A DNA stretch of 64,000 nucleotides from Patescibacteria group bacterium. GTDB taxonomy: Bacteria > Patescibacteriota > JABMPQ01 > JAQVVF01. The stretch lies in NCBI GenBank assembly GCA_041662665.1, contig JBAZSC010000001.1, forward strand, positions 257,511 through 321,510. Reading direction: 5' to 3'. The number at the start of each line of letters is the position of its first letter. Within the stretch, counting starts at the first letter, position 1. Positions 8,462 to 16,505 of this stretch are shown one piece after another. Both the position numbers and the translations under genes were made by a program. Under the pieces are notes generated by a model. It made no database searches. It had not been told where the DNA came from and saw only the letters and a list, made by a program, of their open reading frames with translations.

Positions 8462-8709
8462 ATGCATTATGTTTATATTTTAGAAACGAAATTTAACAAA
8501 TTGTATATTGGATGTACTTCAGATATTAAAAAAGATTAATCCGGCATCAAAATGGTCACGTAATAGCAACAAAGAATCTCAGACCAATAAAATTAATAAG
8601 TTATATTGTTTTAAAAAATAAATATACAGCCTTTAAGCTTGAAAAATATTTTAAATCTGGATCCGGTAGAGCATTTATAAGAAAACATTTTTTTTATGAA
8701 AATCATTAA
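8462..8709 (+). pseudogene. small GIY-YIG nuclease family gene with a -1 frame break inside an A6 run
   Basis: Frame 1 reads MHYVYILETKFNKLYIGCTSDIKK then stops. After the A-run at 8528-8533, frame 2 continues RLIRHQNGHVIATKNLRPIKLISY...FKSGSGRAFIRKH. Together these give the GIY-(10)-YIG...R..H.N architecture. Confidence 0.55.
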
Positions 8710-8953
8710 AAAAGCATGGCCAGATTTATTTAAACAAGTCAAAGCTGGTAATAAAAATTTTGATCTTCGGCTTGCTGATTTTAAAATTAAAAAAGGCGAT
8801 ACCTTAATTTTAAAAGAATATAATCCAAAGACAAAAAAATATACTGGCAAAGAAATTTCCAAAAAAGTAAAATTCATTTTAAAAACAAAAGACATCAAAT
8901 TTTGGACTCAAAAAGAAATTAAAAAACATGGTTTTCAAATAATTTCATTTTAA
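8696..8953 (+). CDS. DUF3850 / ASCH-like small protein
   Basis: 85 aa. KAWPDLFKQVKAGNKNFDLRLADFKIKKGDTLILKEY matches the DUF3850 pattern (E.IKSGKKTFE.R.ND..F..GD.L.L.E). Confidence 0.5.
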   Translation: MKIIKKAWPDLFKQVKAGNKNFDLRLADFKIKKGDTLILKEYNPKTKKYTGKEISKKVKFILKTKDIKFWTQKEIKKHGFQIISF

Positions 8954-8979
8954 AAATAAAAATAATTAACAAAAAAATT

Positions 8980-9717
8980 ATGTTAAAAAACAAAACCGCT
9001 ATTGTAACTGGCGCTGGCCAAGGAATTGGCAAGGGAATAGCTTTGGCATTAGCAAAAGAAGGCTGTAATGTTGTCGTTTCAGACATTAATCAAGAAACTT
9101 GCGAACAAGTTGTTGCAGAAATCGTAAAATTAGGAGTCCAATCTATTGCCATAAAATGTGATGTTTCAAAAAAGGCAGAAGTTGATAATCTTGCAAAAGT
9201 TGCTTCTGAAAAATTTAATCAAATCAATATTTTAGTTAACAATGCTGGTATTTTTCCGTCTATACCATTTGCCAAAATGACTGAAGCTGATTGGGACAAA
9301 GTGATAGACATTAATTTAAAGAGCATGTTTTTAACTTCCCAAGCAATATCTTCAGAAATGCCAGAAGGTGGAAAAATAGTTGATATTTCGTCGATCGCAT
9401 CAATTGTTGGTTTTGAAGGATTAGTCCATTATTGTGCTTCGAAAGGTGGAGTGAATGGTATGATTAGAGCCTTAGCTCTTGAACTAGCTCCAAAAAAAAT
9501 CAATGTTAATGCTGTTGCGCCAGGTATGATTAAAACTCCAGGAGCGACACAAGTAATGGATGAAAAAGCCCTGGCGCAAATGATTGCCATGGTTCCTCAA
9601 AAAAGAATTGGAACACCTGAAGATATTGCTAATGCAGTTGTCTTTTTAGCTTCTGATAAATCAGATTATATCACTGGCCAAGTAATTGTTGTCGATGGTG
9701 GCTGGACATTAAGATAA
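8980..9717 (+). CDS. SDR-family NAD(P)-dependent oxidoreductase (FabG-like)
   Basis: Cofactor motif TGAGQGIGKG at the N-terminus, NNAG motif, and YCASKGG (catalytic Y..K). Length 245 aa. Confidence 0.8.
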   Translation: MLKNKTAIVTGAGQGIGKGIALALAKEGCNVVVSDINQETCEQVVAEIVKLGVQSIAIKCDVSKKAEVDNLAKVASEKFNQINILVNNAGIFPSIPFAKMTEADWDKVIDINLKSMFLTSQAISSEMPEGGKIVDISSIASIVGFEGLVHYCASKGGVNGMIRALALELAPKKINVNAVAPGMIKTPGATQVMDEKALAQMIAMVPQKRIGTPEDIANAVVFLASDKSDYITGQVIVVDGGWTLR

Positions 9718-9720
9718 TTA

Positions 9721-11046
9721 TTGTATTTCATGTCTCACAAAGAAAAAGTTTTAGATATCATAAAACAACTTAAAAATCTTAAATCGCAAAATCAGCCAAT
9801 CTCTTTTTCAAAAAAAACAGTTTCTCATTTTGTTCCATTGGCTCATACAAAAAAAGAAAAGCTTCCAAAGATAAATTTAAAATCTTTGGATTCTTTAATT
9901 AAAATTGATCCTCAAAAAAATATTGGAGTTGCTGAACCAGGCCTAACATTTTCGGAATTACTTAAAGAATCTTTGAAGCATAATTTAATTCCGGCAGTTG
10001 TTCCAGAATTAAAAACAATTACATTAGGTGGCGCAATTTCTGGTTGTTCAATAGAATCAATGTCTTACAGATATGGCGGTTTTCATGATAGCTGTTTAGA
10101 ATATGAAATAATTACAAGCAACGGTGAAATTGTCACTTGTTCAAAAGAAAAAAACCAAGATATTTTTGACATGATTCATGGATCTTATGGAACATTAGGA
10201 ATAATTTCAAAAATAAAGTTTAAACTTTTACCTGCAAAACCATTCGTCCATTTAACTTATAAAAAATATAATAATTTTAAAAAGTTTTGGTCTGTTTTAC
10301 AAAAATATTGCCAAGAAAAACAATATGATTTTATTGACGGCATAATTTATAACAAAAATTTATTTATTTTATGTTTAGGTAATATGGTAGATGAGGCGCC
10401 ATATACTTCAAGGTACGATTGGTTAAAAATATTTTATAAATCAGTTGTCAAAAAAGAGGAAGATTATTTCAAAATTTACGATTATTTTTACCGTTACGAT
10501 GCTGATTGCCATTGGTTATCAAAAAAAATTCCGTTAATGGAAACACTTTTTGGCAGATTGTTTTTTGGAAAATTTGTTCTAGGTTCAACAAATTTAATAA
10601 AATTATCTAAAAAATTTGGTCCAAAAATTAATAAAGGCAAAAATCCAGATGTTGTAGTTGATGTCTTTATTCCTCATAATAATTTTCCAAAATTTTACGA
10701 TTGGTATAAAACAGATTTTGATTTTTTTCCATTATGGATTGTGCCATACAAAGCTCCAAAAATTTATCCTTGGATTTCAGATGATCTAGCTAGTAAAAAT
10801 GATGATGCTTTTTTCATTGATGCTGCAATTTATGGCAAGGAAAATAATGAAAAAAATATTAATTATGCTAAAATATTAGAGGACAAAGTTTTTGAACTTA
10901 ATGGCATCAAGACTTTAATTTCACAAAATTATTATTCCAAAGACAGATTTTGGGAAATCTATAATCAAGAAAATTTTAATAAAGTTAAACAAAAAACGGA
11001 TCCAAATAATTTGTTTAATGGTCTATATTTAAAGATGGTGAAATAA
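9721..11046 (+). CDS. FAD-binding (PCMH-type) oxidase, DprE1/alditol-oxidase-like
   Basis: FAD-binding domain signatures GGAISGCSIESMSYRYGGFHDS and GSYGTLGIISKIKFKL. Length 441 aa, immediately after an SDR gene. Confidence 0.6.
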   Translation: MYFMSHKEKVLDIIKQLKNLKSQNQPISFSKKTVSHFVPLAHTKKEKLPKINLKSLDSLIKIDPQKNIGVAEPGLTFSELLKESLKHNLIPAVVPELKTITLGGAISGCSIESMSYRYGGFHDSCLEYEIITSNGEIVTCSKEKNQDIFDMIHGSYGTLGIISKIKFKLLPAKPFVHLTYKKYNNFKKFWSVLQKYCQEKQYDFIDGIIYNKNLFILCLGNMVDEAPYTSRYDWLKIFYKSVVKKEEDYFKIYDYFYRYDADCHWLSKKIPLMETLFGRLFFGKFVLGSTNLIKLSKKFGPKINKGKNPDVVVDVFIPHNNFPKFYDWYKTDFDFFPLWIVPYKAPKIYPWISDDLASKNDDAFFIDAAIYGKENNEKNINYAKILEDKVFELNGIKTLISQNYYSKDRFWEIYNQENFNKVKQKTDPNNLFNGLYLKMVK

Positions 11047-11051
11047 ATTTT

Positions 11052-11909
11052 ATGACAAATCCTGAAATAATAAAAGAACAGCCTGAAGAAACAAAAGAAT
11101 TTCATTTCGAGGATTTGGCTAAAATTGAAGTAGCTATGACATCTTTATCTTCACAGCTCAAAGAAAAAATTGATAATCAAGAATATGATACATTGATAAG
11201 TGATGAAGTTGGCGGCAGAATTCCAACTTTAGTGTTAAGAAAGATAATAAAAACAGTAAATCCTTATCAAGATCTAAAAACTTATTTTTTGGCCAGTGGA
11301 CAGCTATATTTTCCTAGGCAAGGACAAATGAACTATTATGAACTACAAAAAAAATTACAAATAATTGCTGGTAAAACAAAAAGAACATTATTAGTTACAC
11401 AGTTTGTTTTTCATGGAACAACAATTAAAAAAATGGTCACAGCTTTAAAAGATTCTGGAATTGAAAATCTAGATGTTGCTGCAGTTGAATCAACCGGTTT
11501 TGAATACCAGGATAAAATAAAAGAAGTTCTTGGTCCAAATAATCAATATGTTGTTGGCGAAGTAGGTGGCAGATCAAACCTTCATGAAAAACATGAAAGA
11601 TTTGCTGGAGTCAGAAAAACAAAGAAATATTCCACATTTCCTAAAAAAGCAAACGATGTATTTCAAGAGGAGGGGAGAGAAATTTCAGAAGAAGAATTTA
11701 ATGAAATTTTTGGCATAAAAAAAGATGACTCAGGAAAAATAATTATAGAAAAAACATCTAATACAGAGAAAATTAAAACATATGAAAGAAGAAAACATGA
11801 GCCACTTTCAGAAGAAGAAAAACAAAAAATTCAGCAAGATATTAATTTTGCCAGAGAAGATGTTGATTTGTTGGCTGGTAATATTGTAAAAAAAGTTTGG
11901 AAAAAATAA
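11052..11909 (+). CDS. hypothetical protein with phosphoribosyltransferase-like (PRTase type I) motif
   Basis: TLLVTQFVFHGTTIKKMVTALKDSG resembles the PRPP-binding loop (hhhVDDvhaTGgT) in a degenerate form. The C-terminal tail is acidic and K-rich. Confidence 0.35.
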   Translation: MTNPEIIKEQPEETKEFHFEDLAKIEVAMTSLSSQLKEKIDNQEYDTLISDEVGGRIPTLVLRKIIKTVNPYQDLKTYFLASGQLYFPRQGQMNYYELQKKLQIIAGKTKRTLLVTQFVFHGTTIKKMVTALKDSGIENLDVAAVESTGFEYQDKIKEVLGPNNQYVVGEVGGRSNLHEKHERFAGVRKTKKYSTFPKKANDVFQEEGREISEEEFNEIFGIKKDDSGKIIIEKTSNTEKIKTYERRKHEPLSEEEKQKIQQDINFAREDVDLLAGNIVKKVWKK

Positions 11910-11920
11910 TTAAGAAATAA

Positions 11921-11952
11921 AAAAATCTGTCAAATAATCGGCAGATTTTTTA
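11921..11952 (+). terminator. terminator-like hairpin (AAAATCTG-loop-CAGATTTTTT)
   Basis: A-T rich 8-bp stem plus T-tract, 12 nt after the stop of the 11052-11909 ORF. It could also terminate the convergent tRNA transcript. Confidence 0.45.
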
Positions 11953-11975
11953 TTTAAAATAATTTTTTTAACAAA

Positions 11976-12049
11976 CGGACTCGACCGGATTCGAACCGGC
12001 GATCTTCGCCGTGACAGGGCGACGTGTTGGGCCTCTACACCACGAGTCC
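11976..12049 (-). tRNA. tRNA-Asp (anticodon GTC)
   Basis: Reverse complement folds as GGACTCG-TG-GTGTAGAGGCCCAACAC-G-TCGCC-CTGTCAC-GGCGA-AGATC-GCCGG-TTCGAAT-CCGGT-CGAGTCC-G. Confidence 0.85.
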
Positions 12050-12060
12050 ATGTTTTATAA

Positions 12061-12134
12061 TAGCAGGGGACGGATTCGAACCGTCGACCGCCACTTTATG
12101 AGTGTGGTGCTCTAACCAACTGAGCTACCCTGCC
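12061..12134 (-). tRNA. tRNA-Met (anticodon CAT); elongator type, or possibly lysidine-modified tRNA-Ile2
   Basis: Reverse complement GGCAGGG-TA-GCTCAGTTGGTTAGAGC...CTCATAA...GACGG-TTCGAAT-CCGTC-CCCTGCT-A. There is a 31/39 A-A mismatch at the loop base. CAT alone cannot separate Met from Ile2. Confidence 0.75.
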
Positions 12135-12184
12135 CAAAAAAATAACAAAATTATAAATTAAAAATAACAAAATTTAGAATCGTA

Positions 12185-12211
12185 AATTTTTCATTTATAA
12201 TTTAGTTATTT
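12185..12211 (+). promoter_or_regulatory. tRNA-associated 24-nt motif, copy 3 (identical to copy 1)
   Basis: ATTTTTCATTTATAATTTAGTTATT lies immediately 3' of the minus-strand initiator tRNA and points toward it on the + strand. This argues against a simple promoter role for this copy. Confidence 0.4.
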
Positions 12212-12222
12212 CTAATTCAATA

Positions 12223-12296
12223 TTGCGGGGGGCGGATTTGAACCGCCGACCTTCAGGTTATGAGCCTGACGAGCTTCCAAGCTGCTCTACCCCGCG
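12223..12296 (-). tRNA. initiator tRNA-fMet (anticodon CAT)
   Basis: Reverse complement CGCGGGGTAGAGCAGCTTGGAAGCTCGTCAGGCTCATAACCTGAAGGTCGGCGGTTCAAATCCGCCCCCCGCAA. It has a C1:A72 mismatch, a TTCAAAT T-loop and near-identity to E. coli tRNA-fMet. Confidence 0.9.
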
Positions 12297-12360
12297 CCGT
12301 GTCCGCCGATTTATCTGCCGAAGCTTTAGCATAGGCAGAAGCTTTAGCGAAGGCGGAATA
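12297..12360. repeat. family B repeat block (two GAAGCTTTAGC units with GGCGG/CCGCC stems)
   Basis: gtgTCCGCCgatttatctgccGAAGCTTTAGCataggcaGAAGCTTTAGCgaaGGCGGAatac. Confidence 0.6.
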
Positions 12361-12405
12361 CATATATTATATATTAAACAAATAAAAAAGCAAGTTAAGT
12401 ACTTG

Positions 12406-14007
12406 CTATAGGTGCGATCGCTTGATCATGGCGTATCTCTCCATTGCTTCAACCAAGATAACAGGCAACAACTCCAGATGATCCATCCAAATGTATTCAG
12501 AAGTTCCATGAATATTCTGTGCTCCATTCCACATGTTTGGTCCAGGCAAATCTGGCAAATCCATATTCGCTATGCCAACATCTGTACCACCTCGAGCATC
12601 AAATTCTTTCATGATCATATCAAACATTGCCATCGCTTCACGCAATGGCTCCAGTACCCAAGGATGAGCCTGAATTGCATACTTGATATTTCGGTAATAC
12701 TTTTTCTTGTTAGTCAAAACTTCCAAAAGTCCAGAAAAATGATCATTTGTTTTCAGATCATCTGCCAGTTTACAGAGCAGTGCTACTAGCTGTTCAGCTT
12801 CCTCTTCATCAAATGTCCTTGGAATAGAATTCACCACAACCTTTTCCGGATTTTCCATCTTCACGCTATCAACCCAGCAAAATGACTGCTTATCCTTGCT
12901 CCTCCATGGCGGTACTGTATTATGGTGAACTGCCGACACGTAATAACACGCAGCAAGCAAAGCAGGCCAGACTTGAAATTCTTTCTCGCCAGAATATTCC
13001 GAAATAATATATTCAAGACCAACATTCAAAGCATCAGCTTCTCGCGTAAAGCTCTTCAACAAATTAACACTAATGCATGCTTTGTCAAAGAAAATATCAA
13101 CTTCAGATTTCACAGTTGACAAACTCTTGATCTGAATATAGAAACCAAGCTTTTTTGTGTCCAATACTTTTCTGACAAAATGCGACGCTGCATACTTGGC
13201 ATCAGCCAGATTACCGCCATCTAGTCCAGGATGAGCGCTTCTTCCAGTAAAGACCAAAGACATCTTTGTATTAACTCTGTCTTTGCTAACTTTAATGCCT
13301 TTGCTTTCAAAAGTTGCTGTTACCTTATTGCCGATGAAACAACCAACATCAACGATCGGTGGTTTTCCGCCATCAACTGTCAACAAAACATCGCGGTGGC
13401 GATCGGGCAACATGTTCGCATTGAATATGCCTTGCTCTTCATCAGGAAAGAAAAGAAGCTCAATTGGTCCATGCGGATGCTCTTCTTCATCGCTCAACAA
13501 TCTGGCAACTGCTTCCATAATTCCAGCCAATCCAGCTTTACAGTCAGCACCAAGCAAAGAGTCTCCACTACTTGTGATGATTCGCTGACCAAAACGATGC
13601 TCTCGATTCTTGCCATCGTCAAACAATACAACCTTTTTGCCTGTCTCTGGATCTGCGAGTGGGAGCTCAATTGGCTTGCCATCAAATCGATGAATCAACG
13701 GCTTGACATCTCCAGAAGCATCTGGAGCAGTATCAAAGTGTGCTGACAAAGTTACAACAACAGCAGCATTAAAACCAGGTGTTGCTGGAATCAAACAATC
13801 CAAAATACAAGTATCACTCAAATGCGGCTTCAGACCCATTGCTTCCAATTCAGATTTGACGAGTCTTGCCAATGTCCATTGTCCTTCGCTTGATGGTGAA
13901 GTTTCTGATTCGCAAGATTGAGTATTAATTCGAACACAGTCCAAAAAACGATTTACAACCGGTGACCACATTCCAAACATCGGATCTCTTTCGTCAACTT
14001 CGATCAT
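12406..14007 (-). CDS. M20-family metallopeptidase, peptidase T (tripeptidase)-like; GC-elevated gene
   Basis: HFDTAPDASGDV, SLLGADCKAGLAGIMEA, LLFFPDEEQG and FDARGGTDVG...NIHGTSEYI match PepT/M20B metal-binding blocks. GC is about 45% against a 30% background. GAGGAGGAAGAGAG lies immediately upstream of the ATG, with the hairpin ACGCTCCTA-AGG-TAGGAGCGT upstream of that. Confidence 0.6.
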   Translation of the reverse strand: MIEVDERDPMFGMWSPVVNRFLDCVRINTQSCESETSPSSEGQWTLARLVKSELEAMGLKPHLSDTCILDCLIPATPGFNAAVVVTLSAHFDTAPDASGDVKPLIHRFDGKPIELPLADPETGKKVVLFDDGKNREHRFGQRIITSSGDSLLGADCKAGLAGIMEAVARLLSDEEEHPHGPIELLFFPDEEQGIFNANMLPDRHRDVLLTVDGGKPPIVDVGCFIGNKVTATFESKGIKVSKDRVNTKMSLVFTGRSAHPGLDGGNLADAKYAASHFVRKVLDTKKLGFYIQIKSLSTVKSEVDIFFDKACISVNLLKSFTREADALNVGLEYIISEYSGEKEFQVWPALLAACYYVSAVHHNTVPPWRSKDKQSFCWVDSVKMENPEKVVVNSIPRTFDEEEAEQLVALLCKLADDLKTNDHFSGLLEVLTNKKKYYRNIKYAIQAHPWVLEPLREAMAMFDMIMKEFDARGGTDVGIANMDLPDLPGPNMWNGAQNIHGTSEYIWMDHLELLPVILVEAMERYAMIKRSHL

Positions 14008-14490
14008 CTCTCTTCCTCCTCTCTCGTTGTGACAAAGAACAACGCTCCTACCTTAGGAGCGTTATATCAGAATATAATTAAATTATAATTTCGTCAACTT
14101 ATTTCGGTCCCAAAAAATATTTCAGCAATGGCAAAAAAGCATAAAAAATAAATGCTATAATTGCGACCATAATTAAATAAACTCTTAAAATTTTTGCTTC
14201 TTCTAACATTTGACCCAAAGACTAATTACATAAATCAACGTAAACAACAAAATAATTGTTGAACAGGCAAAAGTTAATAATAATTTTTCAGTAATGTCCA
14301 TAACTTTAGTGATTAGTAAATAAGTAATCAGTAACTAGTAGATATCTATATTATAAATAATATTTAAAAAGATGGCAACCTTTTAAAGATAGTTAATATT
14401 TGTTAAAATAAACGAGTAGCAAGTAGAAAGCAGTATGTAGCTGGCAACTTTCTACTTTCTACATTCTACTCGCTACTAATAACAAAAATC

Positions 14491-15735
14491 ATGTTAACAT
14501 TTTTAATCATTCTTACTTCCATCCTAACCTTAATTTGCTCAGGCCTTGCTTATTATCTTATTAAGATTAATAAAAAGCTAGCGGAGCCAGAAAGCAATGA
14601 AAATGACAAAATCTTGCATGAGCGAATTGATAATTTAAATCAATATGTTTCTCAAAATTTAAATCAAACTAACAAATCAATTTCCGAAAATTTAAATCAA
14701 GTCACAAAAACAATGCTTGCTCAAATTAGTTCTCAAACTAGTCAGCTAAATGCCAGGTTAAATGATCAGACAGGTCAGCTTAATGAAAGATTAAAAGAAA
14801 ATAGCGAGCTAATCCAAAAATCTCAAGGCAATGTTGGCTCGCGTCTTGATAATGCTGCCAAAGTTGTAAGTTCTGTTCAATCAAAATTAGCCCAAATGGA
14901 AGAATCCAACAAAAAGATTTTTGAAGTTGGCAAAGATATTAGGGGATTGCAAGAAATTTTGAAAGCTCCAAAATTAAGAGGCTCTTTGGGAGAATTATTT
15001 TTGGGCGATTTATTATCTCAGACTTTTTCTAAAAATCATTATCAAGAACAATACATGTTTAAATCTGGTGAAAAAGTTGATGCTGTTATCAAATTAAAAG
15101 ATAATATGCTTGTTCCAATTGATGCTAAATTTCCTTTAGAAAATTTTCACAAAATGATTAATTTAGCCAAGAATGATCAAGAGAGAAAACAATATAAAAA
15201 AATGTTTAAAGATGATGTCAAAAAACATATTACTGCAATTTCCAAAAAATATATTTTACCTGATGAAGGCACAATTGATTATGCTTTGATGTATATTCCA
15301 GCAGAAAATGTTTATTATGAAACAATAATCAGAGACGAAGATGAAAATAATTTAGTTAATTTTGCTTATACGAAAAAAGTTTTTCCAGTCTCACCAAATT
15401 CATTATATATTTATGTCCAAGCAATTTTGCTTGGCTTAAAAGGCATGCAAATTGAAGAAGGAGCTAAAGAAATTTTGCATAATTTAAAAAGACTGCAAGG
15501 CGATTTTTCAAGATTTGGCGAGGAATTCAAAGTCTTAGGCAGTCACTTAAATAATGCAACAAAAAAATATAATGAAAGTGATAAAAGATTAGGCAAGTTT
15601 AATGATAAATTAGCTGAGATAAATTATGATGTTACAAACAAACCAGAAAAATTAGTTGAAACAAAAGCTTTGCCAATCAAACCAGAAGTTGCAGTACCTG
15701 TCAGTACACAAGAAAGTATAAATTTATATAATTAA
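14491..15735 (+). CDS. rmuC: DNA recombination protein RmuC-like
   Basis: N-terminal TM helix, then a long coiled-coil. Motif LKAPKLRGSLGELFLGDLL resembles the RmuC nuclease-fold core. Length 414 aa. Confidence 0.6.
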   Translation: MLTFLIILTSILTLICSGLAYYLIKINKKLAEPESNENDKILHERIDNLNQYVSQNLNQTNKSISENLNQVTKTMLAQISSQTSQLNARLNDQTGQLNERLKENSELIQKSQGNVGSRLDNAAKVVSSVQSKLAQMEESNKKIFEVGKDIRGLQEILKAPKLRGSLGELFLGDLLSQTFSKNHYQEQYMFKSGEKVDAVIKLKDNMLVPIDAKFPLENFHKMINLAKNDQERKQYKKMFKDDVKKHITAISKKYILPDEGTIDYALMYIPAENVYYETIIRDEDENNLVNFAYTKKVFPVSPNSLYIYVQAILLGLKGMQIEEGAKEILHNLKRLQGDFSRFGEEFKVLGSHLNNATKKYNESDKRLGKFNDKLAEINYDVTNKPEKLVETKALPIKPEVAVPVSTQESINLYN

Positions 15736-15736
15736 A

Positions 15737-16384
15737 ATGATCACTGCAATAATTTTTGACATGAATGGGGTAATAATAAATGATGAAGCCATTCATGAAT
15801 TAGCTTTTAAAGAAGTTTGTAAAAAATACAATATTATTTTAACGTCTCAAGGCTACAAGGATTTATGCATGGGCAAAACTGATGAGCAAGGTTTTATTGA
15901 AATAATTAAAAAATACAAATTAGATAATGTTAAAATAAGTAATTTAGTTGAACAAAAATCAACAAAATATTTAGAATTAATTCCAAAAAATATCAAAAGT
16001 TATCCAGGAGTTATTGATCTAATAAAAAAACTTCATAAAAAATTTATTTTAGCTTTAGCATCTAGTTCTAGTCGCCAAGAAATTGAAATGGTTTTGAATT
16101 ATTTTAAAATTAAAAAATTATTTAAAATAATTATTAGCGCTGATGATATTTCAAAAAGCAAGCCAGACCCAGAACCTTATCTTTTAACTACCAAAAAAAT
16201 TAACCAAAAACCAGAAAATTGTTTAGTTATTGAAGATTCAAAAAGTGGAATAATGTCAGCAAAAAGAGCTGGTATGAAATGTATTGCCATAACAACAACA
16301 CATAATGAAAAAGAATTAGTCGGTGCTGATGTTATCATAAATAAATTTTCAGAAATTACCGAAAAAATGATTCAAAATGTTTAA
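15737..16384 (+). CDS. HAD-superfamily hydrolase (subfamily IA, beta-phosphoglucomutase-like)
   Basis: DxD motif I IIFDMNGVII, motif II ALASSSS, and motif III-IV K...EDSKSG. Confidence 0.7.
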   Translation: MITAIIFDMNGVIINDEAIHELAFKEVCKKYNIILTSQGYKDLCMGKTDEQGFIEIIKKYKLDNVKISNLVEQKSTKYLELIPKNIKSYPGVIDLIKKLHKKFILALASSSSRQEIEMVLNYFKIKKLFKIIISADDISKSKPDPEPYLLTTKKINQKPENCLVIEDSKSGIMSAKRAGMKCIAITTTHNEKELVGADVIINKFSEITEKMIQNV

Positions 16385-16396
16385 AAAATAGCAATT

Positions 16397-16489
16397 TCTA
16401 CCCAGCTTTAGCTGAGGGGTGTTGGAGCTTTAGCTCCAGCGAACGAATAGGGCTAAAGCCCTGCGACCCCTTGGCTAAAGCCAGGTAGA
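16397..16489. mobile_element. MITE-like element (93 bp) with about 21-bp terminal inverted repeats; copy 1
   Basis: TIRs TCTACCCAGCTTTAGCTGAGG ... CCTTGGCTAAAGCCAGGTAGA. The interior is made of GGAGC-ttta-GCTCC and GGGC-taaa-GCCC hairpins. A second copy with the same TIRs and a different interior is at 49927-50033. Confidence 0.55.
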
Positions 16490-16505
16490 AAATAAATAAA
16501 ATCTT

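Noticed and set aside
12223-12411. ORF-track CDS of 62 aa (MRGADLNRRPSGYEPDELPSCS...)
   Set aside because: It is the antisense read-through of the initiator tRNA gene plus the GCTTTAGC repeat block. The GC-rich tRNA sequence simply lacks stops.
12412-13921. Several 60-170-aa plus-strand ORFs (12412-12789, 12922-13119, 13231-13746, 13283-13588, 13703-13921)
   Set aside because: All lie antisense within the GC-elevated pepT-like gene. There is no RBS and no motif, so these are compositional artefacts.
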